NCBI GenBank assembly: GCA_964598455.1
Contig: CAZRCB010000001.1
Location: 11,406-75,405 of the forward strand
Source: an uncultured Flavobacterium sp.
Lineage (GTDB): Bacteria > Bacteroidota > Bacteroidia > Flavobacteriales > Flavobacteriaceae
Reading direction: 5' to 3'
Length of the DNA: 64,000 bases
In this document: piece by piece, positions 54,122-63,837 of the stretch
Numbering within the stretch: the stretch's first letter is position 1
Layout: every line of letters starts with the position of its first letter
The notes under the pieces: generated by a model
Database searches by the model: none
What the model saw: only the letters and a program-made list of their open reading frames with translations
Told to the model about the DNA's origin: nothing
Translations under genes and position numbers: made by a program

Positions 54122-55987
54122 CTATTTCTTTACGATGATAAACTCTGATCTTCTGTTTAGAGCATCTTCTTCTTCTGTACAATTGTCTCCACATTTTACT
54201 TTAGGTTCGCTTTCTCCAAATCCTTTTCCAGAGATTCTGTCTTTGCTAATTCCTTGTGAGATTACATACTGAACAGTGGATTGTGCTCTACGCTCTGAAA
54301 GTCTTTGGTTATAAGCATCGCTACCTTTGGTATCCGTATGAGATTTAACCATAATCACCATGTCTTTGTGCTCATTCATTACCTTAACAAGTTTGTTCAA
54401 TTCTTGTGCTCCTTGTGCAGTAATATTGCTCTTATCAAACTCAAAGAAAATTGGAGGCAAAATAACCTCAGTTTCAGTGATTATAACTTCAATAGGCGTG
54501 AGAAGAATCTCAGTAGTTGTTTTACCTCCCTTAGAAGAAGCAAGTACTACAGTAGATGGATCATAGTCTTTCATGCTTGCTTGCAGGCTAAACTCTATAC
54601 CACATTCTGTGAAGAATTTAGTGCTTCCTTGCGTATTCGTCATCTCAGATTTAAGTCTATTTTTGTAGCTATCTAGAATAGCAACTGTCGCACCCGAGAG
54701 CGTTTTTCCAGTCTTAGCATCTTTTACGATAACTAAGGCTTCTCTTCCACAAACTGGTGTTGCTGAGTATATATTGTCAAATCCTGTTCTATTAGACGAG
54801 AAGAACCCAACTTCTTTTGAAGTATTAAAAGTAAACGCAAAATCATCTTTCTCGCTATTTACGGGTTTACCAACATTTATTGCTTCAGCAGCGTTAGCCT
54901 CTAGTCTAAATACATCTAAACCTCCGAAACCTTGTCTTCCGCTTGAAGCGAAATAAAGTGTACCGTCAGCTGCGATAAACGGAAAAGTTTCTTTACCAGC
55001 GGTATTTACTTTTGCACCTAGATTCACAGGCTCGCCATAGGTTCCATCTTCATTTACAGAAACCTTCCAGATGTCAGTATCACCGAATCCGCCTGGCATA
55101 TCAGAAGCAAAATAAAGTGTTTTACCGTCTTTGCTAAGAGATGGATTACCTACGTTATAGTCCGTGCTATTAAATGGTAGCGCTTTAATATTTGCCCATT
55201 TACCATTTCTCTTATCCGCTCTGTATACACCAACAGTTGCAACCTTTACATTTCCTTTTTTGTCTTTTTCAAAAACTCCATCGGCATGACCGTCTCTAGA
55301 GAAAAACAATGTTTCTCCATCAGCACTTATAGTTGTAGGCCCGTCGTGGAATTTAGAGTTTAGCTCTGAAACTGCTGTAGGTTCAGAAAGCGTTCCGTCT
55401 GAGTTGTAAACTGACTGGAATACATCTAGATAAGATTCTCCAGTTCCTCTTTTGTCTGTTTTACCACCTCTATTACTTGTGAAATAAACAATATTGTCAT
55501 TTCCTAATACAGCTCCAAAAGAACTACTTCCTGATTTACCAAGACTTGTTTCAGTTACGTTATACATTTTCTCTTTTGAAGAAAGTGCCTGAAGGTAATT
55601 AGGATTTGCTTTGTGTGCTTTTGCTCTTTGGTCGTTTGGAGCCATAGCTGCAAACTTATCCATTTGCTTTTTTGCCTCTGCGTATTTTTCTTGAGTCTTA
55701 AGTGCTTGAGCGTAGTTGTAGTACGTTTCTGCTTCTACAGTTCCTTCGATAGCTTTAGCATAATTCTGAGCTGCTTTGTCCATATTAAAAATATGGTAAT
55801 AGCTGTCTGCCAATTGCTTGTAAACATAGCTATCTCCTCTTTTCTTATCCACCAGTGATTCGTACTCTTTAATTGCAGAAACATATTGATAGGTCTCGTA
55901 AAATTTATCAGCTTTCTCGGTGTGTTTGTTTTGAGAGTATCCCCCAAAAGCAATCAACAATCCTAATGTTATATATATCTTTTTCAT
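54122..55987 (-). CDS. PorE-like outer-membrane-associated protein: TPR + TolB-like beta-propeller + carboxypeptidase-regulatory-like + OmpA_C domains
   Basis: The protein is 621 aa with a signal peptide. It has N-terminal TPR-like helices and repeated propeller strings (VYFTSNR, LFFSRDG, LYFASDMPGGFGDTDIW, LYFASSGRQGFGGLDVF). A CRD-like segment follows (LVIVKDAKTGKTLSGATVAILD). The OmpA_C peptidoglycan-binding strings are FEFDKSNI...SHTDTKGSDAYNQRLSERRA...NRRSEF. Confidence 0.8.
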   Translation of the reverse strand: MKKIYITLGLLIAFGGYSQNKHTEKADKFYETYQYVSAIKEYESLVDKKRGDSYVYKQLADSYYHIFNMDKAAQNYAKAIEGTVEAETYYNYAQALKTQEKYAEAKKQMDKFAAMAPNDQRAKAHKANPNYLQALSSKEKMYNVTETSLGKSGSSSFGAVLGNDNIVYFTSNRGGKTDKRGTGESYLDVFQSVYNSDGTLSEPTAVSELNSKFHDGPTTISADGETLFFSRDGHADGVFEKDKKGNVKVATVGVYRADKRNGKWANIKALPFNSTDYNVGNPSLSKDGKTLYFASDMPGGFGDTDIWKVSVNEDGTYGEPVNLGAKVNTAGKETFPFIAADGTLYFASSGRQGFGGLDVFRLEANAAEAINVGKPVNSEKDDFAFTFNTSKEVGFFSSNRTGFDNIYSATPVCGREALVIVKDAKTGKTLSGATVAILDSYKNRLKSEMTNTQGSTKFFTECGIEFSLQASMKDYDPSTVVLASSKGGKTTTEILLTPIEVIITETEVILPPIFFEFDKSNITAQGAQELNKLVKVMNEHKDMVIMVKSHTDTKGSDAYNQRLSERRAQSTVQYVISQGISKDRISGKGFGESEPKVKCGDNCTEEEDALNRRSEFIIVKK

Positions 55988-56009
55988 AGCTTAATTATAT
56001 CTTTTTAGG

Positions 56010-56945
56010 TTAGAAATATCTCGGAGAAACCGATACTTTTTTAGGGAAGTTCAAGTCAAACAACAACATAAACTCATGTGATGCTGGAGTTGCAATGTCT
56101 AAATCTGAAACAATATGGTCGTAAGCATATCCTATCTTGATTGTAGGCGTAACTGCAAAGTTAACCATTCCACCAAATGAATCTTCTAGGCGGTAGCTTG
56201 CTCCGATCTCAAACTTCTCAAAAAACAAGAAGTTAGCAGAAACATCAACTGATGTAGGAACATTGAAAGCTGACTTAAGCATAAATGAAGGTTTGAATTT
56301 TGTGTTTTCACTCAACTGAAAAACATATCCCCCTGTTAAGAAATAGTGTTGTGTTTCGCTACCAAACTGATAATCATTTCCATTTCTAGTTATGTCTAAG
56401 TGTTTAGACTTAAGCATATTCGGCACTGAGAACGCTAAGTAATAGTTCTGAGTATAGTAGAATAATCCCGCACCAGCATTTAGGTATGTATTATCTACGT
56501 TTGCAGAAAAAGCGGGGTCGTTAGCATCAGGAACGTGTCCGTTACCGATTTGGTCAAATAACCCTACTTTATGGAATGTAGCTCCAGCCTTGATACCAAA
56601 AGCCAAGCGGTGCTCTCCGCCTAAGTTTAGGGTATATGAGAAGTCAGCATAGGCGTTATTCTCTTCTACCGGACCAATCTTGTCACTAATAACTGATAGT
56701 CCTAATCCGACGTTTTTACCCACTGGACTATGCACAGAAAATGTAGCTGTACGTGGAGCATCTTCTAGTTCTACCCACTGTGCTCTGTAGAGTAAGCCTA
56801 CGGATAAATTCTCTTTAGAGCCAGCATAAGCAGGGTTCATCACATTCATATTATACATATACTGTGTATAATGTGGGTCTTGTTGTGCGTCTGCATTACT
56901 GATAACCAAAAAGGCAAACGATATGGTAAAAAGTATTTTTTTCAT
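56010..56945 (-). CDS. PorP/SprF family type IX secretion system membrane protein
   Basis: The protein is 311 aa with a signal peptide. The family N-terminal string is QQDPHYTQYMYNMNVMNPAYAG. It has beta-barrel character and sits directly downstream of a type-B CTD cargo gene. Confidence 0.85.
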   Translation of the reverse strand: MKKILFTISFAFLVISNADAQQDPHYTQYMYNMNVMNPAYAGSKENLSVGLLYRAQWVELEDAPRTATFSVHSPVGKNVGLGLSVISDKIGPVEENNAYADFSYTLNLGGEHRLAFGIKAGATFHKVGLFDQIGNGHVPDANDPAFSANVDNTYLNAGAGLFYYTQNYYLAFSVPNMLKSKHLDITRNGNDYQFGSETQHYFLTGGYVFQLSENTKFKPSFMLKSAFNVPTSVDVSANFLFFEKFEIGASYRLEDSFGGMVNFAVTPTIKIGYAYDHIVSDLDIATPASHEFMLLFDLNFPKKVSVSPRYF

Positions 56946-56961
56946 CTCTTAGTTAGTTTTT

Positions 56962-56997
56962 ATAAAAAACCTGCCGACCCGATATTCAAATCGGCAG
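56962..56997 (-). terminator. Hairpin + U-tract between the cargo gene and porP/sprF (candidate partial terminator)
   Basis: CTGCCGA / TCGGCAG forms a 7-bp stem with a 13-nt loop. On the minus strand GTTTTTT follows. The hairpin lies only ~17 nt upstream of the sprF-like ATG. Confidence 0.5.
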
Positions 56998-57013
56998 ATT
57001 CCTTATTTGATTA

Positions 57014-60000
57014 TTAGTATTTTCTATTGATATAAATCCAACTGCTTAGCTTCTCTCCATTATTTTTTTGAATAACATAGAAGTAGGTTCCGTCAGGAAG
57101 TTCATTGCCTTTGTTGTCTAATCCAGTCCACTCGTTTACATAGTTTGACTTAGAGTATACTTCCATACCATAGCGGTTAAAGATTTTTAATTCTTTAACA
57201 CCCATACCCGTTAAGTCAAAGCTATTGTTATCCGTATCTCCGTTTGGAGAGATACCTTTCTGAATCATACAAATAGTAGAAGTTACTAAGAAGCTTCCGT
57301 AGCTGTCACATCCATCATTGATTGCTACCGATACGTTGATGCCTCCTTGAGGGATATCTGCTCCATTTAAGTATGCAGTTATATCCAATTCTGGATTATA
57401 TCCTACTTCAATACCGTCAATAGTCCAAACATAAGTAGCTGTTGATGGCACAAATGATCCGTCAATAGGATTTGCCATTAACCAATAGTTACTACCTCTA
57501 CACTCATCAGTAACCGCGATGGCAAATTCGCCAATGATAGTTATCTGAGCTGTGCTTGAGCCTCCCTCGTTACAGGTGTTTATGTCTTGGTCAACAGTAT
57601 AAGTTACGGTATAAACTCCAGGACTGCTTGCTTGAACATCCACAACTCCAGTAGTTGGGTTAATACTCAAACCTGAAGTAGCGCTAAACACACCTCCTTC
57701 AAAGAAGTCAGTAGCTTTTTCAGGACTAACATCTTCGTCAGAATAACAGTAAGTAACCATTCCGAAATTAAAGTCTGTTACCGGTACCATACTCTCAAAT
57801 AAGGTAATAGTAGCAGTCGCTGTTCCAGCATCTGTACAAGTAGTAGGGTTGATACCTAAGGTATACGTAATTTCGTGTACACCCGCTGTTACTCCCGCTG
57901 ATAAGTCAATTTCTCCTGTTTGAGGATCAACTGATAAAGTAGTCGAGCTAAACACACCTCCGCTAGTAAGGTTAGCTATAATAGGCGTAGGGTTTACATT
58001 TGAAATAACACAGGCATCAGCATAACTGAAATCTAATTCTGGAGCCGTAAGCTCTTTAATTTCGATATCAAAAGTAGCAACTCCTCCAGTAGTACAATCG
58101 TTTGGCACTATTTCATACGTAATAGTATAGTTGCCAGGCAAAGTACCTATTGCTGCTAAATTAATACTTCCAGTTACAGGGTTAATAGTCAATCCTGCAG
58201 GAGTTACACTGAATAAACCTCCAGTAGCAAAGTCTTCTGATGGAATGAAAACTGGGTTATTACCACCAATACAATAAATAGTAGAATCATACTCAAAATC
58301 AACTGTTACATTTCCTACCGTTCCGTGGTGTAGCGTAAAGAATTTAACGATTCCTGTATTACAGTTTGCAAGGTCAGAAACTCTTACCCAAATAACTTCA
58401 CCATCTAGTCCCACGTAATTTTCAGGGTCTGTGATTGCAAGTGAAAGGTCACCAGATTCTGCATCTGCTTGAGAGGTATAATAAGTAATCGTATATACCG
58501 CAGGGTCATCTGCGCCTTGTAACATTACGACGTCATTGAGCGTTAGATCAAATATTACATCCCCAACTGCAGAACAAGACGTTAAATCAATTGGCTGGTT
58601 ATCTGGATACGAATATATAAACGTAATATCAATATCTTGTGATGTTGTCACAGGAGGGTCTGTAACACTACAAGTTTCGTAGGTAGCCTGTGCCGTTAGC
58701 GTTAGTGTATAAGTTCCGTTAGTTTGTAACTCTATTATTTGTTCAGGTGTTAAACTAACAGTAAGATCTTGTTGATCACTTAAAAACTGACCTTCTGTTA
58801 ACCACTGGAAGTCAACGTTAGCTGCTCCGTTTGGAGTAAATCTCCAAGCTTCGTTTTGAGCTGACCAAGCACCTGTATTTCTTCCTGGAGGAGTATAAGC
58901 TTGAGTACCTGCATTGTTTAAGATACCGACTACTCCATTTCCGCCATTCCAGTTATTACAAGGAGTTCTGTTGCCAATATAAACCTCAATAATGTTAGAA
59001 ATTTCATATATGACAATCTGAGAAGTTTGTAATCCTGCGTTAGCTCCACAAGAGAATTGAGGTAGTTCGTAGAAGTTTACAACTAAAGCTCTACAAGGAT
59101 AAGTACCTAATACTTGGTAGTTTGTAATACCCGCGCTAGTTGTTGGGTGTGTATCTTGGTACACCCCGAAAATAGCATTTTTAATAGGGAAGCCTGCATT
59201 TGGTATTTGTTGATTGAACGACCAAGGACAGAAGTCTTCACCTGTCATTCCATCATTTCCTAGTACAACTACCCCATTCGAACCTACTTTTGCTTTAGTA
59301 AATGAATCTCCAAAGAAACAGAAGGTAAAAGGCAAATCTACAACAGGCGAATACCTATCGTCAATTGTTACACTTAATACCTCACCTCCAAGAAATGGGA
59401 AAGGTGGAGCGTAGTCAATTGATTCAACTTCATAAGAAGTAGTAGCTGCAATTCCGAAGAAAGAAGCATTAAGGTTTACTTCTGTAACTTCATCTGGACA
59501 TACAAAAATTGTTCCATCAATAATCTCTACTCCGACACCCACTACATCAATAGAAGCACATCCAGGAGGTGTAAATATTGAGAAGTTACCTGGTGCAGAC
59601 CATAGGCCTATATCATCTTCACTACAAATAGCTCTCACATAGAATTCGTATAATTCGTCATCACTAGCTAAGAATGTATAGCTTGGTTCGTTTACAATAA
59701 TTCCTGTTGCACCTGGTAGAGGCGTACCTGTTCCTGAAATTTGGATAATAATCTCCCATTGTGTTTCAGTACCCACAGGTGTCCAAGTTAGATCAACCTG
59801 AGAAGAACCTTGAGTAGTAGAAGCAGTTAAGTCAGTTGGTGAAGGACAAGTAAGTGCGTGTAACACCACATTATCTACAGCTGCTGGCGGTTGGTTAAAT
59901 ACTGAACCGTCATTTCTCCACTCAAATACAACACGAACAATTTGTCCTTGATATTGAGCTGCTTGTAGGATGAAAAACTCGTTTTTCCAAGTAGCTTGTT

Positions 60001-63000
60001 GATTATAGTTTGCACCGATTTGTACTCTACCTGCACCTGCTGTAATCTGAGTACCTGGAACTGGTGTGAAAGTAGTAGGCACTAACCAAACTCTCATATA
60101 GTCAAATGAACCTTCTCCTGTACCTTTCCAGTCAAAAGAGAAAGCTACTTCATTTACTACAGCTGGCATCTGAATATCACGGTAGGCTTGAACAACACTT
60201 GAAGATCCTGCATATGAGTTTGTAGTTCCGTTGTTATTAGATATGTATAATGAATGCGTAGGGCTACTGCTTGTTGCGGTACCTACAACCCATTTATTTT
60301 CTTGAGTGCCATTGTTAAACGTCCATTTGATTTGACCTTCAAAATCATCGTTAAAGTTCATCTCCGCTGGAATTTGTGGCGTATTGAAGTTTACTGGACC
60401 AATCCAGAAACTTGTTCCGTCATCTGTTCCACAATTACTTCTCACCCAGAAGAAATACTGAGTTGAATGATCTAAACCTTCAACAGTAACTGTTGTATCC
60501 GTAGTATTACCCGTTGGAGTGTCTGTTGGAGATGGAGAAACGTTGGTAGTTGAAATATAGTAATCGTATGAAGTAGGAGTCGATCCAGCTGGTGCGTTCC
60601 AAGTAAATGTTGCTGAATCTACTGTAACGGCTGTAAGTGCTACGTTTGTTGGGGCTGAACAAGTAATCATAGATATGTTGATGTTATCAACAGCCGCTGG
60701 TGGTTGGTTAAATACCGAGCCATCATTTCTCCATTCAAACACTAAACGTATAGATTGACCTGCCCATGCAGCTGGTGCATTAAGCACTTGATTAACAGTC
60801 TGCCAAGAAGCTTGTTGGTTATAGTTTGCCCCAATTTGCATTCTACCCGCACCTGCTGTTATTTGTGTTCCAGGAGTTGGAGTGAATGTTACAGGAACAA
60901 CCCAGACTCTCATGTAGTCAAAAGATCCTTCTCCTGTAGCTTTCCAATCAAATGAAACTAACATTTGTCCTAGAGGACCTGCTGGCATCTGAATATCTCT
61001 GTAGGCCTGAGTAACAGATGTAGTGCCTCCATAAGAGTTAGTCACTCCGTTATCATTAGAAATATAAAGTGATTGAGATGGGCTGTTGAAGGTTGCTCCT
61101 CCTACTACCCACTTATTTGCTTGTGTGCCGTTGTTCAGAGTAAAGCCTGAGTTAGCGCCGTCAAAGTTCTCATAATATGGTAAAGTAACTGGAATTTGCG
61201 GCGTATTAATTACTAATGGCCCTACCCAAAAACTAACACCATCGACACCACAATCACTTCTTACCCAGAAATAATAAGTTGTTGAATCAGTAAGACCTAT
61301 AAGGTTTGCCTGAGTTGTTGTTGTAGAGCCTGAAGGAGTAGTTGTTGATCCAGGAGCTGTGTTTGTATCTGAGTAGTAATAGTCATATGAAGCAGACGTT
61401 CCTGTCCAAGCAGTAGTAGCTGAGTTAATAGTCACAGCAGATAAAGTTGGATTAGATGGAGCTTGACATGTAATTACTGATACATTGATATTATCAACAG
61501 CTGCCGGAGGTTGATTAGCAACACTAGCATCATTTCTCCACTCGAATACTAATCGCATAATCTGACCAGACCATGCGATCGGCACGTTTAGAACGAAGTT
61601 TTCAGCCTTCCAAGTGTTTTGTTGATTATAGTTAGTTCCTAGCTGAACTCTTCCACCACCTGCCGTAATTTGAGTTCCTGCAGTTGGTGTATACGTAGCT
61701 GGCACCATCCAAACTCTCATATAATCAAAGCTACCTTCACCTAATCCTTTCCAGTCGAAGGTAATGTGAATTTGTCCTGCTGTTGCAGGAATCATTAAAT
61801 CTTTATAAGCCTGAACTACTGAAGCAGAAGAACCATTATAGTTGTTGCTAGTTCCGTTATCATTTGATATATATAACGAGTGAGTTGGGCTATTGCTTGT
61901 TGCCGTACCTACAACCCATCTGTTTGTTTGAGCACCATTATTAAGTGTCCAACCCGGGTTAGCTCCTTCAAAGTCTTCAAAATAATCTAAGGCAGTTGGA
62001 ATCTGAGCCGTATTAAAACTAACTGGTCCTACCCAAAAACTTGTTCCGTCAGGACCACAATTACTTCTTACCCAGAAATAATAAGTAGTAGAAGGAGTTA
62101 AGTTGTCAATGGTCACGGTATTTGTTGGCACGTTACCCGTAGGTGCAGTAGCACCACTTGGAGTTCCAGAAACAGTAGTGAAATAATAATCATATGACGC
62201 TGGAGCTGCTCCTGCTGGTGCATTCCAGTTAAAAGTAACCTCACTTGAGCTCAAAGCGCCGATTGTTGGGTTTGATGGAGCAGAACAAGTAATTAACTGA
62301 ATATTAATGTTGTCAATTGCAGCAGGTGGCTGAGCACCTCCTGAAGCATCATTACGCCATTCAAAAACCACACGCATAGTTTGATTCTGCCATGTCGGTG
62401 GAGCATTAACTACTTGACCATAATTTTGCCATGCAGTTTGTCCACTAAAGTTTGCTCCTAATTGAGTTCTACCTCCACCTCCGGTAATCTGTGTGCCTGG
62501 TGTAGGATTATAGGTAGAAGGGACAATCCATACTCTTAAATAATCCTGATTATTTTCACCTAAAACTTTCCAGTCAAAAGAGAAATAAATCTGACCTAGT
62601 GTAGCTGGCATTAATATATCTCTATATGAGTGAACTACCGAAGCAGAGCTTGTTGTATAAGCGTTTGAACCACCATTATCGTTAGAAACATACATAGACT
62701 TGGTTCCGCCATTATGTGTAGCTGTCCCTACTGACCATTTGTTGGTCTGAGAGCCGTTAAGTAATGTGAAACCAAAAGATGGAGATTCAAAGTTTTCAGT
62801 ATAGCTACCTGTAATCCCGATATCAAAAGGAATTTGAGTTGTATAAAAAGTAAAAGGTCCTGCCCATTCACTTGAGTTAAACGGACAAATCGCTCTTATA
62901 TAATACATATAAGAAGTCGAAGAAGTAAGCGGTGTAAGAGAAATACTATTCGTATTTGTAGGGTAGATGGTCCCAGTCTCTGGTGTACCCGCACCTGGTA

Positions 63001-63712
63001 TTAGAGAAACTTCATAGTTAGCAGCATTACCTGTCCAGGTAATATCCGCAGTAGTTGCTTGAGGTGTGACTATTGGGTTAGTTGGCAAAAGACATTTTTC
63101 CAACACCTTAACATCGTCCAAAACCCATCCGTTGTTGCTTACCACAGCACCAGTCTGAGTATCTTCTTTTACAAAAGCTACATACACGCTTTGACCAACA
63201 TAAGCCGCCAAGTTCAGTATGTGTTGTGTACATGCATTGTATGTGCCTCCACCTGAAATTTGTGATTGATTGTAGTCTATTAGGTTAGCACCAAAAGAAG
63301 CCACGTCTGTTTGTGAAGTAGTCGAAACCTTCACCATGTAGCGCGTCCCATTATATGCTGGAAGTATTCCTGCAGTTGTTCTTGACACAAATTCAAGTTG
63401 ACCGTTAGCTGGTACTGTTACCTGCTCGGTTACCAACCAGCTTTGAGTTGTGTTTCCAGCTAAGATGTTTCCCCCTATTACAACAACCTTTGCAGGAGGT
63501 GTACCTAAATCAGGGTTTAAACAATCATAGGCTGTCTGGCTATTTGCCGTCCAGCTAGGGACAAAGCCTGCTGTGCTCGGAACGCCGTTAAATAATTTAA
63601 ACGTTGTCCAAGTTGCAGGAATACCAGTGTCGAAATTCTCAACGAGCTGTGCATTTCCTTTCCAAGAAAACAACGAAAAAATTATTACTAAAAAAAGTAA
63701 AGTTCTTTTCAT
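57014..63712 (-). CDS. Giant modular cell-surface protein (2232 aa) with T9SS type B (gliding-motility-associated) C-terminal sorting domain
   Basis: The signal peptide is MKRTLLFLVIIFSLFSWKGNAQ. Five consecutive modules of ~270 aa follow (beta-sandwich plus Fn3-like), then a Cys-containing central region and several Ig-like repeats (...YTITYEIVP, ...HEITYTLGIN, ...YTVTYTVDQD). The C-terminus is GISPNGDTDNNSFDL...IFNRYGMEVY...WTGLDNKGNELPDGTYFYVI, typical of type B CTDs. Confidence 0.9.
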   Translation of the reverse strand: MKRTLLFLVIIFSLFSWKGNAQLVENFDTGIPATWTTFKLFNGVPSTAGFVPSWTANSQTAYDCLNPDLGTPPAKVVVIGGNILAGNTTQSWLVTEQVTVPANGQLEFVSRTTAGILPAYNGTRYMVKVSTTSQTDVASFGANLIDYNQSQISGGGTYNACTQHILNLAAYVGQSVYVAFVKEDTQTGAVVSNNGWVLDDVKVLEKCLLPTNPIVTPQATTADITWTGNAANYEVSLIPGAGTPETGTIYPTNTNSISLTPLTSSTSYMYYIRAICPFNSSEWAGPFTFYTTQIPFDIGITGSYTENFESPSFGFTLLNGSQTNKWSVGTATHNGGTKSMYVSNDNGGSNAYTTSSASVVHSYRDILMPATLGQIYFSFDWKVLGENNQDYLRVWIVPSTYNPTPGTQITGGGGRTQLGANFSGQTAWQNYGQVVNAPPTWQNQTMRVVFEWRNDASGGAQPPAAIDNINIQLITCSAPSNPTIGALSSSEVTFNWNAPAGAAPASYDYYFTTVSGTPSGATAPTGNVPTNTVTIDNLTPSTTYYFWVRSNCGPDGTSFWVGPVSFNTAQIPTALDYFEDFEGANPGWTLNNGAQTNRWVVGTATSNSPTHSLYISNDNGTSNNYNGSSASVVQAYKDLMIPATAGQIHITFDWKGLGEGSFDYMRVWMVPATYTPTAGTQITAGGGRVQLGTNYNQQNTWKAENFVLNVPIAWSGQIMRLVFEWRNDASVANQPPAAVDNINVSVITCQAPSNPTLSAVTINSATTAWTGTSASYDYYYSDTNTAPGSTTTPSGSTTTTQANLIGLTDSTTYYFWVRSDCGVDGVSFWVGPLVINTPQIPVTLPYYENFDGANSGFTLNNGTQANKWVVGGATFNSPSQSLYISNDNGVTNSYGGTTSVTQAYRDIQMPAGPLGQMLVSFDWKATGEGSFDYMRVWVVPVTFTPTPGTQITAGAGRMQIGANYNQQASWQTVNQVLNAPAAWAGQSIRLVFEWRNDGSVFNQPPAAVDNINISMITCSAPTNVALTAVTVDSATFTWNAPAGSTPTSYDYYISTTNVSPSPTDTPTGNTTDTTVTVEGLDHSTQYFFWVRSNCGTDDGTSFWIGPVNFNTPQIPAEMNFNDDFEGQIKWTFNNGTQENKWVVGTATSSSPTHSLYISNNNGTTNSYAGSSSVVQAYRDIQMPAVVNEVAFSFDWKGTGEGSFDYMRVWLVPTTFTPVPGTQITAGAGRVQIGANYNQQATWKNEFFILQAAQYQGQIVRVVFEWRNDGSVFNQPPAAVDNVVLHALTCPSPTDLTASTTQGSSQVDLTWTPVGTETQWEIIIQISGTGTPLPGATGIIVNEPSYTFLASDDELYEFYVRAICSEDDIGLWSAPGNFSIFTPPGCASIDVVGVGVEIIDGTIFVCPDEVTEVNLNASFFGIAATTSYEVESIDYAPPFPFLGGEVLSVTIDDRYSPVVDLPFTFCFFGDSFTKAKVGSNGVVVLGNDGMTGEDFCPWSFNQQIPNAGFPIKNAIFGVYQDTHPTTSAGITNYQVLGTYPCRALVVNFYELPQFSCGANAGLQTSQIVIYEISNIIEVYIGNRTPCNNWNGGNGVVGILNNAGTQAYTPPGRNTGAWSAQNEAWRFTPNGAANVDFQWLTEGQFLSDQQDLTVSLTPEQIIELQTNGTYTLTLTAQATYETCSVTDPPVTTSQDIDITFIYSYPDNQPIDLTSCSAVGDVIFDLTLNDVVMLQGADDPAVYTITYYTSQADAESGDLSLAITDPENYVGLDGEVIWVRVSDLANCNTGIVKFFTLHHGTVGNVTVDFEYDSTIYCIGGNNPVFIPSEDFATGGLFSVTPAGLTINPVTGSINLAAIGTLPGNYTITYEIVPNDCTTGGVATFDIEIKELTAPELDFSYADACVISNVNPTPIIANLTSGGVFSSTTLSVDPQTGEIDLSAGVTAGVHEITYTLGINPTTCTDAGTATATITLFESMVPVTDFNFGMVTYCYSDEDVSPEKATDFFEGGVFSATSGLSINPTTGVVDVQASSPGVYTVTYTVDQDINTCNEGGSSTAQITIIGEFAIAVTDECRGSNYWLMANPIDGSFVPSTATYVWTIDGIEVGYNPELDITAYLNGADIPQGGINVSVAINDGCDSYGSFLVTSTICMIQKGISPNGDTDNNSFDLTGMGVKELKIFNRYGMEVYSKSNYVNEWTGLDNKGNELPDGTYFYVIQKNNGEKLSSWIYINRKY
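59564..62827 (-). repeat. Four tandem ~810-nt coding repeats inside the adhesin gene (a fifth, more diverged copy at 62828..63646)
   Basis: Protein modules at residues 296-572, 573-841, 842-1115 and 1116-1383 share long strings (NKWVVGTAT, FDYMRVW, VFEWRND, QPPAAVDNIN, TTYYFWVRS-CG, FNT-QIP). At DNA level the block encoding QPPAA(V/I)DN/FEWRND recurs near 59880, 60690, 61500 and 62320. Confidence 0.85.
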
Positions 63713-63761
63713 TTTTGTTTAGTGTTTTTTTTATGGGTTAATAACTTTGTCTTACGAACCT

Positions 63762-63769
63762 CAAATATA
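63762..63769 (-). promoter_or_regulatory. Candidate -7 box (TATATTTG) for the adhesin gene
   Basis: The reverse strand reads TATATTTG, about 50 nt upstream of ATG 63712. Confidence 0.3.
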
Positions 63770-63837
63770 AAAAAAAGATAACATCAAACACCTTTGAATA
63801 TTAAAAAAAATATAAATTACGTGTTAGATTTGAAAAA

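Noticed and set aside
59214-63256. Plus-strand ORFs 59214..59414, 60254..60466, 60755..60955 and 63059..63256.
   Set aside because: They are antisense shadows inside the 2232-aa adhesin ORF.
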